This document shows positions 9,460 to 18,808 of a DNA stretch of 64,000 bases, piece after piece (the stretch's first letter is position 1; every line of letters begins with the position of its first letter). The notes under the pieces are model-generated. The model was not told the DNA's origin and did not search any database. It saw only the letters and a program-made list of their open reading frames with translations. The DNA lies in assembly GCA_016930935.1 (NCBI GenBank), contig JAFGFT010000049.1, forward strand, positions 2,184 to 66,183. Direction: 5' to 3'. A program made the position numbers and the translations under genes. Source of the stretch: Dehalococcoidia bacterium (lineage in GTDB: Bacteria; Chloroflexota; Dehalococcoidia; GIF9; AB-539-J10).

Positions 9460-9777
9460 GTGTGTGAACTCCTGTAGCGCGGCATTCCGCCTATGGGGAT
9501 GGCGCCCGGGTAATCGGAATACTGTAGCAGTCTCCGTTGAGGGAGTGAAAGAAGATGAGGGGGTGACCGGGATTGTGAGGAGTCTGAGATGCCTCGCAGG
9601 TGTGATGACATAGCAGTGTGAGAAGAATGCCTCATTACGCAAGTACGGTCCTACAGTCGTCCGCTGGGCACGGAGAAATTAACCTGCCCACACGTCTGAC
9701 CTGGAACCCATAGATGGCGGGCACAGATACCTGTACCCGCCATCACCATGAATCGAGCTTGATGGGAAAGGTGGAGT

Positions 9778-9960
9778 CTACTGCGTGCCGCGTCCGCGCT
9801 TGTCCTTGTGCGCCTTCGCCTTCTTGTGTTTGCCTTCCATTGCTGCGGGTTCAGCACCGTACTTGCCTTTGGCTACCGGAGTTCCGGTGGCGGCGACCTG
9901 TCCCTTCACCGGTTTCTTCTCAGCGGAGTTGCCCTTGTCTTTACCTGGCATCTTGTTCAC
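9778..9960 (-). CDS. possible small Lys-rich basic protein (57-60 aa)
   Basis: GTG 9960 or ATG 9951 behind GGAAGGGGGCAAGGGAAG. Low-complexity K/G/A-rich sequence with no family motif. Confidence 0.3.
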   Translation of the reverse strand: MNKMPGKDKGNSAEKKPVKGQVAATGTPVAKGKYGAEPAAMEGKHKKAKAHKDKRGRGTQ

Positions 9961-10219
9961 TTCCCTTGCCCCCTTCCTGCCCCCATGGCAAGACTCTGGT
10001 GGCTATTCTCTACAATCAATAGTCGTCTTCGACTGCCTGCTTGTCAAATCGAACGGGTGAGCACTCGCAGACTGATTGGAGGGCAGTTCGCAAGAGGTGG
10101 AATTCGTAGCGGCCGGTTCATGGCCACGCGCATGGCGGGCCTTTTGAGGGGCTGGGCGCAACAGAGAGACGGTCCGTTCAACGGGGCCGCCTCTCCGGAT
10201 TCCTGCTGAATTCTGCAGC

Positions 10220-10717
10220 CTAGTCTATCTTCTTGAACATCCTGCCGGGGGTGCCGCAGACGGGGCAGGTTGAAGGTGCATCCATCTCTGAGGTGTAGCC
10301 GCACACCGGGCAGACATAATACGGGTATTCCTCTGACGTATCGTCGATGCCAGCCAGCGCAGCTTCGTAGAGTTTCGCGTGGACCTTCTCGACGTCATTG
10401 GCGTAATTGAAGGTGCGCAGTGCGTCCTTGTTGCCCTCTGCCTCGGCGGCCTTGATCATCTCAGGGTACATAGTGGTGAACTCATGTGTCTCCCCGTCGA
10501 TGGCTTCCTCAAGGTTCTCTTTCGTGCTCCTGATGCCCTTCAAGGCTCTCAGGTGGTTGTGTGCGTGAACGGTCTCTGCCTCGGCGGCGGCCCTGAACAG
10601 GCGGGCAACCTGGGGAAAACCCTCTTTGTCAGCAGCCTGTGCGAACGCGAGGTACTTGCGGTTTGCCTGTGATTCACCTGCGAATGCTTCCTGCATGTAC
10701 TCTTCTGATTTCGACAT
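10220..10717 (-). CDS. rbr: rubrerythrin
   Basis: GGAGGAAG SD. Diiron ferritin-like ExxH repeats (ESQANRKY, EAETVHAH, ETHEF) plus C-terminal rubredoxin CPVCG...CPVCG. Confidence 0.9.
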   Translation of the reverse strand: MSKSEEYMQEAFAGESQANRKYLAFAQAADKEGFPQVARLFRAAAEAETVHAHNHLRALKGIRSTKENLEEAIDGETHEFTTMYPEMIKAAEAEGNKDALRTFNYANDVEKVHAKLYEAALAGIDDTSEEYPYYVCPVCGYTSEMDAPSTCPVCGTPGRMFKKID

Positions 10718-10896
10718 TGTCTTCTTCCTCCAATCTTCGTCACACTCGCGCCCTGATGCGCGGAGCCACAGTGTAGCGTGTTGGACCGTGTTGTGCGAAA
10801 CGCCCTGTCTGTCTGGTCTGCATGCGGCGCATAAAGGCGGTGCAAAATGCGCTGTGGTATATTCCCCAGAATACTGAATACGGAGGTGACCGCATA

Positions 10897-11823
10897 GTGA
10901 GAATCGCAGTTGTCGGTATCGGTGGGATTGGTGGCTACCTTGGCGGAAGACTCGCGAATGCCTATCCTCCAGGCGGAGAGCACGAGATACTCTTCGTCGA
11001 AAAGAACCAGTCGCACCTTGATGCCATCAAGAAAGATGGACTGAAGTTGTTTGCGAAGGACGGCGATGCCACGGTACGACCAACGTTGGCCACTTCTGAC
11101 CCAGGGGAAGTTGGCACGGTCGATGTGGCCCTCATCTGCACGAAAGGCTATGACCTTGTGGAGGCGGCGAGGATGATGAAAGTGGCCGTTGACAGCCACA
11201 CCGTGGTCATTCCTCCCGGCAATGGTATCGGCAACGCCGAGATGGTGCGGGAAGGGCTGGGAATCGGTGATGTACTCAGCGCCTGCATCTACATCTCCAC
11301 ACATGTTCAGTCAACTGGCGTCGTTGAACAGATGGCGGGACCCAGGAAGTTCTTCTTCGGCAATCCGAATGGAGAAGTCGAGCCCTACCGCGCCATCGAA
11401 ACCGTGTTCAAAGGCGCAGGTCTCAATGTCGAACTCACTCCCAACGTCCTGCGCGAAGTGTGGTCCAAGTGGCTCTTCGTGGAGCCTCTGTCGGTTCTCA
11501 CGTCGCTCTACGCGGTGCCCCAGGGTGGTTTGCTGACGGACACCGTCAGAAGGAAGCAACTGCAGGAAATGATGGAAGAGCTTCAGTCGGTTGCTCGGAA
11601 AGTTGGTGTTGACTTGCCCGAGGACATCGTTACACAGTCGATGGCCAAGGCCGACGGATTCCCGGGTGAGACCAAGACGTCGATGCAGCTTGATTTTGAG
11701 CATGGCCGGAAGACGGAACTCGATACGATGATGGGCATCGGCATGCGCAAGGGCAAAGAGGTTGGCGTATCCATGCCCCAGCACGACGCAGTGTACGCAG
11801 CGCTCTTGCCCAGGGCCGGATAG
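10897..11823 (+). CDS. 2-dehydropantoate 2-reductase family (ApbA/PanE) oxidoreductase
   Basis: Start moved to GTG 10897, 10 nt after GGAGG. Rossmann motif IAVVGIGGIGGYLGGRL; C-terminal ApbA-like region. Confidence 0.8.
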   Translation: MRIAVVGIGGIGGYLGGRLANAYPPGGEHEILFVEKNQSHLDAIKKDGLKLFAKDGDATVRPTLATSDPGEVGTVDVALICTKGYDLVEAARMMKVAVDSHTVVIPPGNGIGNAEMVREGLGIGDVLSACIYISTHVQSTGVVEQMAGPRKFFFGNPNGEVEPYRAIETVFKGAGLNVELTPNVLREVWSKWLFVEPLSVLTSLYAVPQGGLLTDTVRRKQLQEMMEELQSVARKVGVDLPEDIVTQSMAKADGFPGETKTSMQLDFEHGRKTELDTMMGIGMRKGKEVGVSMPQHDAVYAALLPRAG

Positions 11824-11909
11824 CAGGCAACGCGCTATCTCACCACTGGAAAGAGCGGCACGCTACCCGCTGTATGAGATTGCGGCAGCAGGCAATGAAG
11901 GAGGGACAC

Positions 11910-12665
11910 ATGTCCAGCACACCTCACTACACCATCAGGCCAGTCAGCGTTGGCGCGCTGACAATCGGCAAGTCGCACCTCGTCTTCGGTGTGGGGTACG
12001 GGGAGATGATTGATAGCGTTGTACTGATGTACTACGTGGAAGGTGCAGGGCGGCGTGTCCTGGTGGATACGGGTTGCTGCGACGTTGAGTCGTCTACCAG
12101 GAACCACTATCCACTGAGAAGAAGTCCGGAAGAGGAGCCTGTGAAGGCGCTGGCCAACATAGGCGTGGCCCCGGCCGATATCGATACCGTCATCTGCACA
12201 CACCTGCATTGGGACCACTGTTACAACCACGAGTTGTTCACGAACGCGAAGTTCTATGTCCAGAGAACGGAATTGCAGTATGCTGCCGCCCCTCATCCCA
12301 TGAACTGCAAGGCATATGAATCCACCACCATCGGCATGACGCCGCCGTTCAGCAAGACGAGGTTCGAAGTGCTCGACGGTGACGCAGAGATAGCTCCCGG
12401 TCTGACTGCTGTGTTCGCACCGGGTCACACTCCCGGTATGCAGGGTGCGGCGGTGAACACGACGGACGGTGTCTACTTCATCGCGGGAGACAACCTCCCT
12501 CTGTACGCCAACTGGGAAGGCAACCAGCTCCAGAAGCACATCCCGGGCATCAACTTCGTGAACGTGGATGATTACTACCGCACGTTCCAGCTTATTGAGC
12601 GCATGGCAGACCATATCCTGCCCGGCCATGACCCGAAGGTGCTGGAGAAGGCAGTCTATCCGTAA
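11910..12665 (+). CDS. metallo-beta-lactamase-fold hydrolase (N-acyl-homoserine-lactonase-like)
   Basis: Start moved to ATG 11910 behind GAAGGAGGG. HxHxDH motif ICTHLHWDHCYN; later PGHTPG. Confidence 0.8.
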   Translation: MSSTPHYTIRPVSVGALTIGKSHLVFGVGYGEMIDSVVLMYYVEGAGRRVLVDTGCCDVESSTRNHYPLRRSPEEEPVKALANIGVAPADIDTVICTHLHWDHCYNHELFTNAKFYVQRTELQYAAAPHPMNCKAYESTTIGMTPPFSKTRFEVLDGDAEIAPGLTAVFAPGHTPGMQGAAVNTTDGVYFIAGDNLPLYANWEGNQLQKHIPGINFVNVDDYYRTFQLIERMADHILPGHDPKVLEKAVYP

Positions 12666-12768
12666 GACAATCGCCAGAGTTGATGCCTGTTTCGCTCTGA
12701 CTCGCACGGGTAGACTGAGCACGGTGTCCTGATTGCAGACGCACCACTTCGTTGGAAGGGGGCATGCC

Positions 12769-13764
12769 ATGGCAAGACAGCTTCGACTGTTGAGTGCGAG
12801 CGACCTGAACGGAACGTTGCGCATGCAGGACGTGCTTCAGCACGTCGAGAGGGCGTTTGGAGAGAGAGGCCTCGGCAGGTCTGAGATGCCCGCCAAGACG
12901 TACCTGCATTTTCCGCAGCATGATGGAGTGCTTCTCGTCATGCCCGGCTCTCTGCCACAGATGGAGCAGGCTGGAGTGAAGCTCATCAGTGTGCATACGC
13001 GCAATCCGGTCGTCCATGGTCTCCCCACACTCCTCTCCACTATTGTGCTCATCAGCCCTGATACCGGCGAACCGGTGTGCATCATGGACGGCTCGTACGT
13101 CACGGGCATGCGGACTGGCGCTGCGACGGGCGTGGCAACAAAGCTACTGGCGCGCAAGGATTCTCGAGTGCTGGGAATAATCGGAGCCGGTTTCGAGGGC
13201 CCCTTTCAACTTGAGGCTGTGAGACACGTCCTTCAACTTGAGAAGGTGCTGGTCAACGACCTCATCGCAGAGAAAGCGAAGAACCTGGCCGCCCTTGCCC
13301 GGGGATTTGGACTCAGTGCGAGGGCGTGCGAGACTGCAGAAGAAGTCGTGCGTAGCTGCGACGTGCTGGTGACCGCAACGCCGAGTGACCGTCCCATCGT
13401 GAAGGACGAATGGATGCACGAGGGTATGCATCTCAACTGCGTTGGCTCCTATGCGGCGGGCAAACAGGAGATTGAATCTGCGATTCTCAGGCGTGCGATG
13501 GTGGTTGTTGACGACTGGGAGCAGGCGAGCCACGCAGGAGAGATAAACGTACCGGTCAGCAATGGAGAATTCGACCGGTCAGGCGTGTACGCGGAACTGC
13601 CGGAGATAGCGGCAGGACTGAAACCCGGCCGCATGGATGATGCGGCCATCACCGTATTCGATACAACCGGCCTTGCGGTGCAGGATGTGGTCACGGCATG
13701 GGCAGCGTTCAGAGTTGCTGAAGAAAGAGGTCTGGGCACAGTAATCGACGCGCTGTTCAGATGA
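12769..13764 (+). CDS. ornithine cyclodeaminase / mu-crystallin family protein
   Basis: Start moved to ATG 12769 behind GGAAGGGGG. Motifs LGIIGAGFEGPFQLEAV, VTATPS, NCVGSY. Confidence 0.85.
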   Translation: MARQLRLLSASDLNGTLRMQDVLQHVERAFGERGLGRSEMPAKTYLHFPQHDGVLLVMPGSLPQMEQAGVKLISVHTRNPVVHGLPTLLSTIVLISPDTGEPVCIMDGSYVTGMRTGAATGVATKLLARKDSRVLGIIGAGFEGPFQLEAVRHVLQLEKVLVNDLIAEKAKNLAALARGFGLSARACETAEEVVRSCDVLVTATPSDRPIVKDEWMHEGMHLNCVGSYAAGKQEIESAILRRAMVVVDDWEQASHAGEINVPVSNGEFDRSGVYAELPEIAAGLKPGRMDDAAITVFDTTGLAVQDVVTAWAAFRVAEERGLGTVIDALFR

Positions 13765-14001
13765 CGACGCCTGTGGTTGTGTCAGGTACTGCCGGCTCAC
13801 GCCCGCATACCTCTCTCTGGTCAAGGCTATCGTCTTCGCCGCCCCTCCCATTATCAGGTCCCCTCTTTCCACATGGTTCTGTATCCGTAGTCGGCGCTTC
13901 TCCTTCCGGTTCGATGTCAGCATCTCCTGCATGCGGACATGTTCGCGAAGACCCTGGGGGAAGGACAGGATAGCAAACAGCTAGAAGGGGGTTCACTTTC
14001 A

Positions 14002-14030
14002 TTGACAAAGAATGGGTGTTCCTGTAAACA
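14002..14030 (+). promoter_or_regulatory. candidate sigma70-type promoter for the TRAP operon
   Basis: TTGACA (14002-14007), 17-nt spacer, TAAACA (14025-14030), about 55 nt upstream of the dctP ATG. The -10 element is imperfect. Confidence 0.3.
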
Positions 14031-14084
14031 AACGAGAAGACAGCGACGACAATTGCTTGCGAACCAACTGTGAAGGAGGGCGAG

Positions 14085-15188
14085 ATGAAACACAAGTTTA
14101 TCATGTCGGTACTAGCAGTAGCAGTCATTGCGAGCGTGCTGGCTGCTGGATGTGCGCCTGAAGCAGCGCCATCTACACCCACACCAGAAGAAGGAGAGGC
14201 AGTGACACCTTCACCTGCAGCACCAGAGGGAGAGGTAATCGAGTGGTTGGGGCAACATCATGATGCTGCGGGAGGTTCCAAGAACAAGCGCTTCCAGGAG
14301 TTCTGCGATCGAGTCAACCTGGCGAGCAATGGGAGGATGAAGCTCACGTTGCAGGCGGGTGGCGGCATCGTACCGGCAACTGAAGAGTTCGATGCTACAC
14401 ATAAGGGTCTCATAGACTTCTGTGAAGCTTACTCCCCCTATGTCCTCGATGTGTTTCCCAACGCAGGCCTGTTTGCCTACACCGTTGGCGGCCTCTCGGC
14501 TCTGGAGTACGTGTATTGGATGAGGAACGGAGGTGGTGCAGCTCTATACGACGAGATGCTTGATGGCTATGGTGTGACTCTCATTCACGGCAAACTCTTC
14601 CCTCCAGAGACGTTCATCTGGACAACGAAACCCCTGGAGACTGTGGCCGACATGAAAGGGTTGAAGTTCCGGACTGCCGGCGACGACGGGGAGATGTTCA
14701 AGGAAATGGGTGTGTCGGTCGTCTTCATGGCAGGTGGCGAGGTGTATGAAGCGACACAACGTGGAGTTATCGACGCCTTCCAGTTGGCTGACCCCGCAAT
14801 CGACATAGAGTTGGCCGCTCATGAGGTCGCCGACTATTGCTATCTGTCGCCAGTGCGCCAACCTACTGACTACTCCTGCCTTGGTATCAACACCGAATCG
14901 TGGGAGGCACTACCTGCTGATCTCAAACAGGTGGTTGACGACGCCTACCTGGCGAACTCACTTGCCGTCTACGGTGAACTCATGGCCTCGAATATTGAGG
15001 CACTCAAGTTCCTCAAGGACTATGGCACGACAGTCGGGCCAATTCCCAAGGAAATTGAAGACGAGTTGATCAGGCAAGCGAACCTGTTCTACGACAAGAA
15101 GGCTGCTGAGGACCCGTTCTATGAGGAAATACTCACGTCTATGCGCGAATTCAAAGCTGCGTACGGCGAGGCTTATGCCCGCTACTAG
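14085..15188 (+). CDS. dctP: TRAP transporter substrate-binding protein (DctP family), lipoprotein
   Basis: Start moved to ATG 14085 behind GAAGGAGGG. Lipobox LAAGC followed by a Pro/Glu-rich linker. Adjacent to DctQ/DctM. Confidence 0.85.
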   Translation: MKHKFIMSVLAVAVIASVLAAGCAPEAAPSTPTPEEGEAVTPSPAAPEGEVIEWLGQHHDAAGGSKNKRFQEFCDRVNLASNGRMKLTLQAGGGIVPATEEFDATHKGLIDFCEAYSPYVLDVFPNAGLFAYTVGGLSALEYVYWMRNGGGAALYDEMLDGYGVTLIHGKLFPPETFIWTTKPLETVADMKGLKFRTAGDDGEMFKEMGVSVVFMAGGEVYEATQRGVIDAFQLADPAIDIELAAHEVADYCYLSPVRQPTDYSCLGINTESWEALPADLKQVVDDAYLANSLAVYGELMASNIEALKFLKDYGTTVGPIPKEIEDELIRQANLFYDKKAAEDPFYEEILTSMREFKAAYGEAYARY

Positions 15189-15206
15189 CCTTTAGACTGG
15201 CTGTTT

Positions 15207-15236
15207 CCCCGGTTTGAGGCCGACCTCAAACCGGGG
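15207..15236 (+). other. intercistronic 13-bp perfect stem-loop between dctP and dctQ
   Basis: CCCCGGTTTGAGG CCGA CCTCAAACCGGGG. No T-tract follows, so it is more likely an mRNA-stability or attenuation element than a full terminator. Confidence 0.7.
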
Positions 15237-15263
15237 ATTCTATGAAAGGCGCTAGCAACACTT

Positions 15264-15773
15264 ATGAAAGCTATTCTTAGAACAATTGATTCATTGAGTC
15301 AGTGGTCAGGAAAGAGCGCTCGATGGCTGGCCCTGGCATTGGTCCTGGTGATGGCAAACGAGACCATCATGCGCTATGTGTTCAATAAGCCGACGGTGTG
15401 GGGGTTTGAGACAGCCGTTATGATGGGTGCTTCCCTGTACGCCCTGGGTGCTTCTTATGCACATTGGACTCACTCCCATATCAGGATTGATGTCTTCTAC
15501 TCCCGCCTTTCCGTGAGGAAGAGGACAATCATTGACGTACTTGGCACCATATTTGTGTGTTTCCCCCTGATGGTCGTATTGGTGAGCGCATCCGTCAGTA
15601 ACGCATGGGCAGCCTGGGTAGGGCACGAGACCCTGAAGTTGACCTTCTGGTATCCACCGTCGGGACCGCTGCGGACAGTGGTGGCAGTGGGATTCGTTCT
15701 GCTCAGCCTTCAGGTCATAGCCCAGTTCTTCCGAGACGTATATCTGCTGATAAGGAATACGCCCTATGATTGA
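15264..15773 (+). CDS. dctQ: TRAP transporter small permease (DctQ family)
   Basis: 169 aa with 4 TM helices. Overlaps dctM by 8 nt. Confidence 0.85.
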   Translation: MKAILRTIDSLSQWSGKSARWLALALVLVMANETIMRYVFNKPTVWGFETAVMMGASLYALGASYAHWTHSHIRIDVFYSRLSVRKRTIIDVLGTIFVCFPLMVVLVSASVSNAWAAWVGHETLKLTFWYPPSGPLRTVVAVGFVLLSLQVIAQFFRDVYLLIRNTPYD

Positions 15774-17100
15774 GTTAAGCCCGGCAGTGGTTACATTGTT
15801 GATGCTCGCTGCGGTCTTTATAGGCCTGCTGAGTGGTTTCCCCGTGGCCTTCGTTCTGGGGGCGGCGGCGATAGCCTTTGGATACCCCATATTCGGAAAC
15901 CTGGTCGCTGAGCTCATCTATGACCGTGTGTGGGGTTTCTATACAAACTACATCATTCTGGCAGTGCCCCTCTTTGTCTTCATGGGGCTCATGCTGGAAC
16001 GCTCCGGAGTGACTGAGAGACTGTACGATGCGTTGTACCTATGGTTGGGTGGGTTCAGGGGTGGACTTGCCGTAGTCACCGTGCTGGTCGGTACTATACT
16101 GGCTGCCTGCATAGGCGTGATTACCGCTTCAGTCACTCTGCTGACGCTTATTGCACTGCCCTCAATGGTAAGGCGAGGCTACAGCAAGAGCCTGGCAACC
16201 GGCGCAGTCGCCGCTGGCGGCTGTCTGGGTATTCTCATCCCACCGAGCGTCATGCTTGTTGTGTACGGCCCCATGGCTGCGATTTCCGTGGGGAAGCTGT
16301 TCTTTGGAGCCTTCGGGCCCGGTCTTCTGCTTTCGGCTTCGTACATCACCTACATCATTATTCGGAGTCTGCTTCAGCCCAACGTGGCACCTCCGGTGCC
16401 TGCCGCAGAAAGGGCAGTTCCCTTCCGTGAGAAGACAATCAGACTTCTCACCGTGCTGGTTCCGCCCATGGTGCTCATCTTCTCCGTGCTGGGAGTCATC
16501 TTCTTCGGCATCGCTGCGGTCACCGAGGCTGCCGGTATCGGCGCTCTTGCCGCAGTTGCACTCGCCATAGCCTACCGCAAGTTCACCTGGCAGGTGCTGA
16601 AAGACGTCACATTGCTGACAATGCAACTCAGTGGTTGGGTGATGCTCATGGCAGGGATGGCCTTCGCCTTCACGGGTGTCTTTATAGGAGCTGGAGGCGG
16701 TCTCATCGTCAAGGACCTCATTCTTGCCACCCCCGGTGGCTCATGGGGTGCCTTCGCTGTAATCATGCTTATTACCTTCATCCTCGGCTTCTTCATTGAC
16801 TGGTGGGGCATCGTCTTCATCATGGTTCCGATAATCACTCCCATTGTTCCTGCCCTGGGATTCGACCCTGTCTGGTTTGCGATTATGGTGTGTGTTAACC
16901 TCCAGATGGCTTTCATGACTCCGCCCATGGCTGCGGCCATATTTCTTGTGAAGGGCGCCGCTGAGCCAAGTCTGGGCATAACCACCCCTGACATCATACG
17001 AGGTGTGGTGCCATTCGTGGGGATGATAGTCATCACCCTAGGCTTGTGTGTGGCCTTCCCCCAGATAATTACCTGGTTGCCCAATATGATGATCAAGTAG
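15766..17100 (+). CDS. dctM: TRAP transporter large permease (DctM family)
   Basis: 444 aa, about 12 TM helices. ATG overlaps the dctQ stop. Confidence 0.9.
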   Translation: MIELSPAVVTLLMLAAVFIGLLSGFPVAFVLGAAAIAFGYPIFGNLVAELIYDRVWGFYTNYIILAVPLFVFMGLMLERSGVTERLYDALYLWLGGFRGGLAVVTVLVGTILAACIGVITASVTLLTLIALPSMVRRGYSKSLATGAVAAGGCLGILIPPSVMLVVYGPMAAISVGKLFFGAFGPGLLLSASYITYIIIRSLLQPNVAPPVPAAERAVPFREKTIRLLTVLVPPMVLIFSVLGVIFFGIAAVTEAAGIGALAAVALAIAYRKFTWQVLKDVTLLTMQLSGWVMLMAGMAFAFTGVFIGAGGGLIVKDLILATPGGSWGAFAVIMLITFILGFFIDWWGIVFIMVPIITPIVPALGFDPVWFAIMVCVNLQMAFMTPPMAAAIFLVKGAAEPSLGITTPDIIRGVVPFVGMIVITLGLCVAFPQIITWLPNMMIK

Positions 17101-17378
17101 CGAGCTCTAGATTTACTGAGACCTTGTTTCAGTAAGTGCTGTGACTGATGCACTGCGACATCATGTAAGGGAAGGATGGATGCCATGGGACGGGGCGTGG
17201 GTGCCCCGTCCGTGGTTCCTTGAGGGCGGTGAGCTGGTCTCGGAAGACAATAGGAGGCCGGGCAACGTCCACAGACAAAGCAGTCTGCGTCAACCACGCG
17301 AGGAGAGTCACATGACGTTCGGGCATCCAGTTGATACGGATGCTGTCTGTCGGTGCGTGCCGCCGGATTCCAAGTTCG

Positions 17379-18563
17379 TCAGACACTTGGTCCAGTGGCG
17401 TACATGTCGAGCACCTCTCGATAGCGCGAGTATTCCTGTTTGGTGAGTTTGCCTGCCGCGACCTCGCGAATCTCGGTCATCAACTTCTCGCCAACTTCGT
17501 CCTTCTCCTCGGTACCCTCAATTATGGTGCCCGCGTAGAGGTCGAAATACTCCAGTTCGCTCTTCAGGCCGGGGTCGCCTGTTACTTTGACTACGGGGAC
17601 AATGGGTACTCGTCCTGCTCCCGGCTGGCTACGAGACATGGCAGGTAAACCGCCTCCCACGGAGAAAATGAACACCTGCGCGCCTGCGGCTGCCATGCCG
17701 AGCATCAACTGGGAAGTCCACGCGGTACTATCCATGAGGTAGAGGCCTGGGGTCGACGGGTGCTCTGCGTACTCCAACACTCCGTTGAGGGGGCTGGTCC
17801 CGGTCTTGTACATTGCTCCGAGTGATTTTTCTTCAAGTGTGGAGAGTCCGCTCTTGATGTTTCCAGGGCTGGGCTGTGCGCCCCTGATGTCGACGCCATA
17901 GTCGGCAATCATCTTCTCGAAGCGGCCGACCACCTCCAGCAGTCGTTCTTCGACCGCGGGGCTCGCTGCGCGTTTTGCCATGATGTGCTCTGCCCCGATA
18001 ACCTCCGCAGTCTCAGTGAAGATGGCGGTTCCGCCCTGACGAATCAGCTCATCAAGCACGTAACCGGTGGCCGGATGTCCGGCGAGGGAGGATATGGTGG
18101 CAGACCCACCACATTTCACGCCGATGGTGAGTTCGCTGATGGGGTGCGGCTCACGTGCCATACGGCACGCATGTGCCATCATTGAGCGTGCTGCGGCCTG
18201 ACCTTTGTCGACGGCTTTCTGGAAACTGCCCTCTTTGTCGATTGTGACAACCTCGACGGGTTTGCCTGTCTCAGCGATGGCCTCCCCAATCTCTTCCGCG
18301 GTGATGTTCTCACAGCCGATACCAGCCATGATGATGCCCGCTACGTTTGGATTCCTGCCCAGACCGACCAGTGTCTTCTTTGCTCGCGTGTTGTCAGGTC
18401 CGAGCCTGGCGCATGAGTGGTTGTGCAGGATGGGAACGACTCCGTTGACTCCCTCAGCTATTGTCCATGCGAGTTCATTGGAACACCTCACGGGTGGAAT
18501 AACCACGACGTAGTTCCGAATGCCTGCCGGACCTGAAGGCCGGGTGTAGCCGAGGAACTCCAT
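17379..18563 (-). CDS. UxaA/GarD-family dehydratase, large (C-terminal) domain only
   Basis: Motifs GVKCGGSAT and GNIKSGLSTLEEKSLGAMYKTG are typical of altronate/galactarate dehydratase C-domains. No SAF N-domain or separate SAF ORF is seen nearby. Confidence 0.75.
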   Translation of the reverse strand: MEFLGYTRPSGPAGIRNYVVVIPPVRCSNELAWTIAEGVNGVVPILHNHSCARLGPDNTRAKKTLVGLGRNPNVAGIIMAGIGCENITAEEIGEAIAETGKPVEVVTIDKEGSFQKAVDKGQAAARSMMAHACRMAREPHPISELTIGVKCGGSATISSLAGHPATGYVLDELIRQGGTAIFTETAEVIGAEHIMAKRAASPAVEERLLEVVGRFEKMIADYGVDIRGAQPSPGNIKSGLSTLEEKSLGAMYKTGTSPLNGVLEYAEHPSTPGLYLMDSTAWTSQLMLGMAAAGAQVFIFSVGGGLPAMSRSQPGAGRVPIVPVVKVTGDPGLKSELEYFDLYAGTIIEGTEEKDEVGEKLMTEIREVAAGKLTKQEYSRYREVLDMYATGPSV

Positions 18564-18742
18564 AGTGCTGCCCCCTTCTTTCTTGCGATTGTCGGCATGG
18601 TATTCTGCGCGCTTGGCCGTGTCAATGGGGTTTCGCCGGAAATCGTTGTTGTGTGGTCAAGGGGTACGAGGAGCATTCTATGGCTTGTCGGGAAGTGTGC
18701 GGGCGACTGTCTGCATTCGCGGCGGAGGACCCCGCGTTTGCG

Positions 18743-18771
18743 TTGACATGTGCCAGATGGCTTTGTAGCAT
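18743..18771 (+). promoter_or_regulatory. candidate sigma70-type promoter of the corrinoid operon
   Basis: TTGACA (18743-18748), 17-nt spacer, TAGCAT (18766-18771), 38 nt upstream of ATG 18809. Confidence 0.45.
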
Positions 18772-18808
18772 ACAGAACGGAACGCGCACGTCAGGAGGAT
18801 TGCGGCCA

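Noticed and set aside
10549-11304. 251-aa minus-strand ORF
   Set aside because: Overlaps rubrerythrin in another frame and lies antisense to the PanE-like gene. No motif.
11835-12824. 329-aa minus-strand ORF
   Set aside because: Antisense to the MBL-fold hydrolase, which has the HxHxDH motif.
17129-17386. 85-aa ORF overlapping the UxaA stop, considered as the missing SAF small subunit
   Set aside because: The sequence shows no SAF-like pattern, and split UxaA systems place the SAF gene upstream, not downstream. Composition looks non-coding.
18564-18808. Cobalamin riboswitch upstream of the corrinoid operon
   Set aside because: I could not find a B12-box-like element, and the promoter leaves only about 38 nt of leader.
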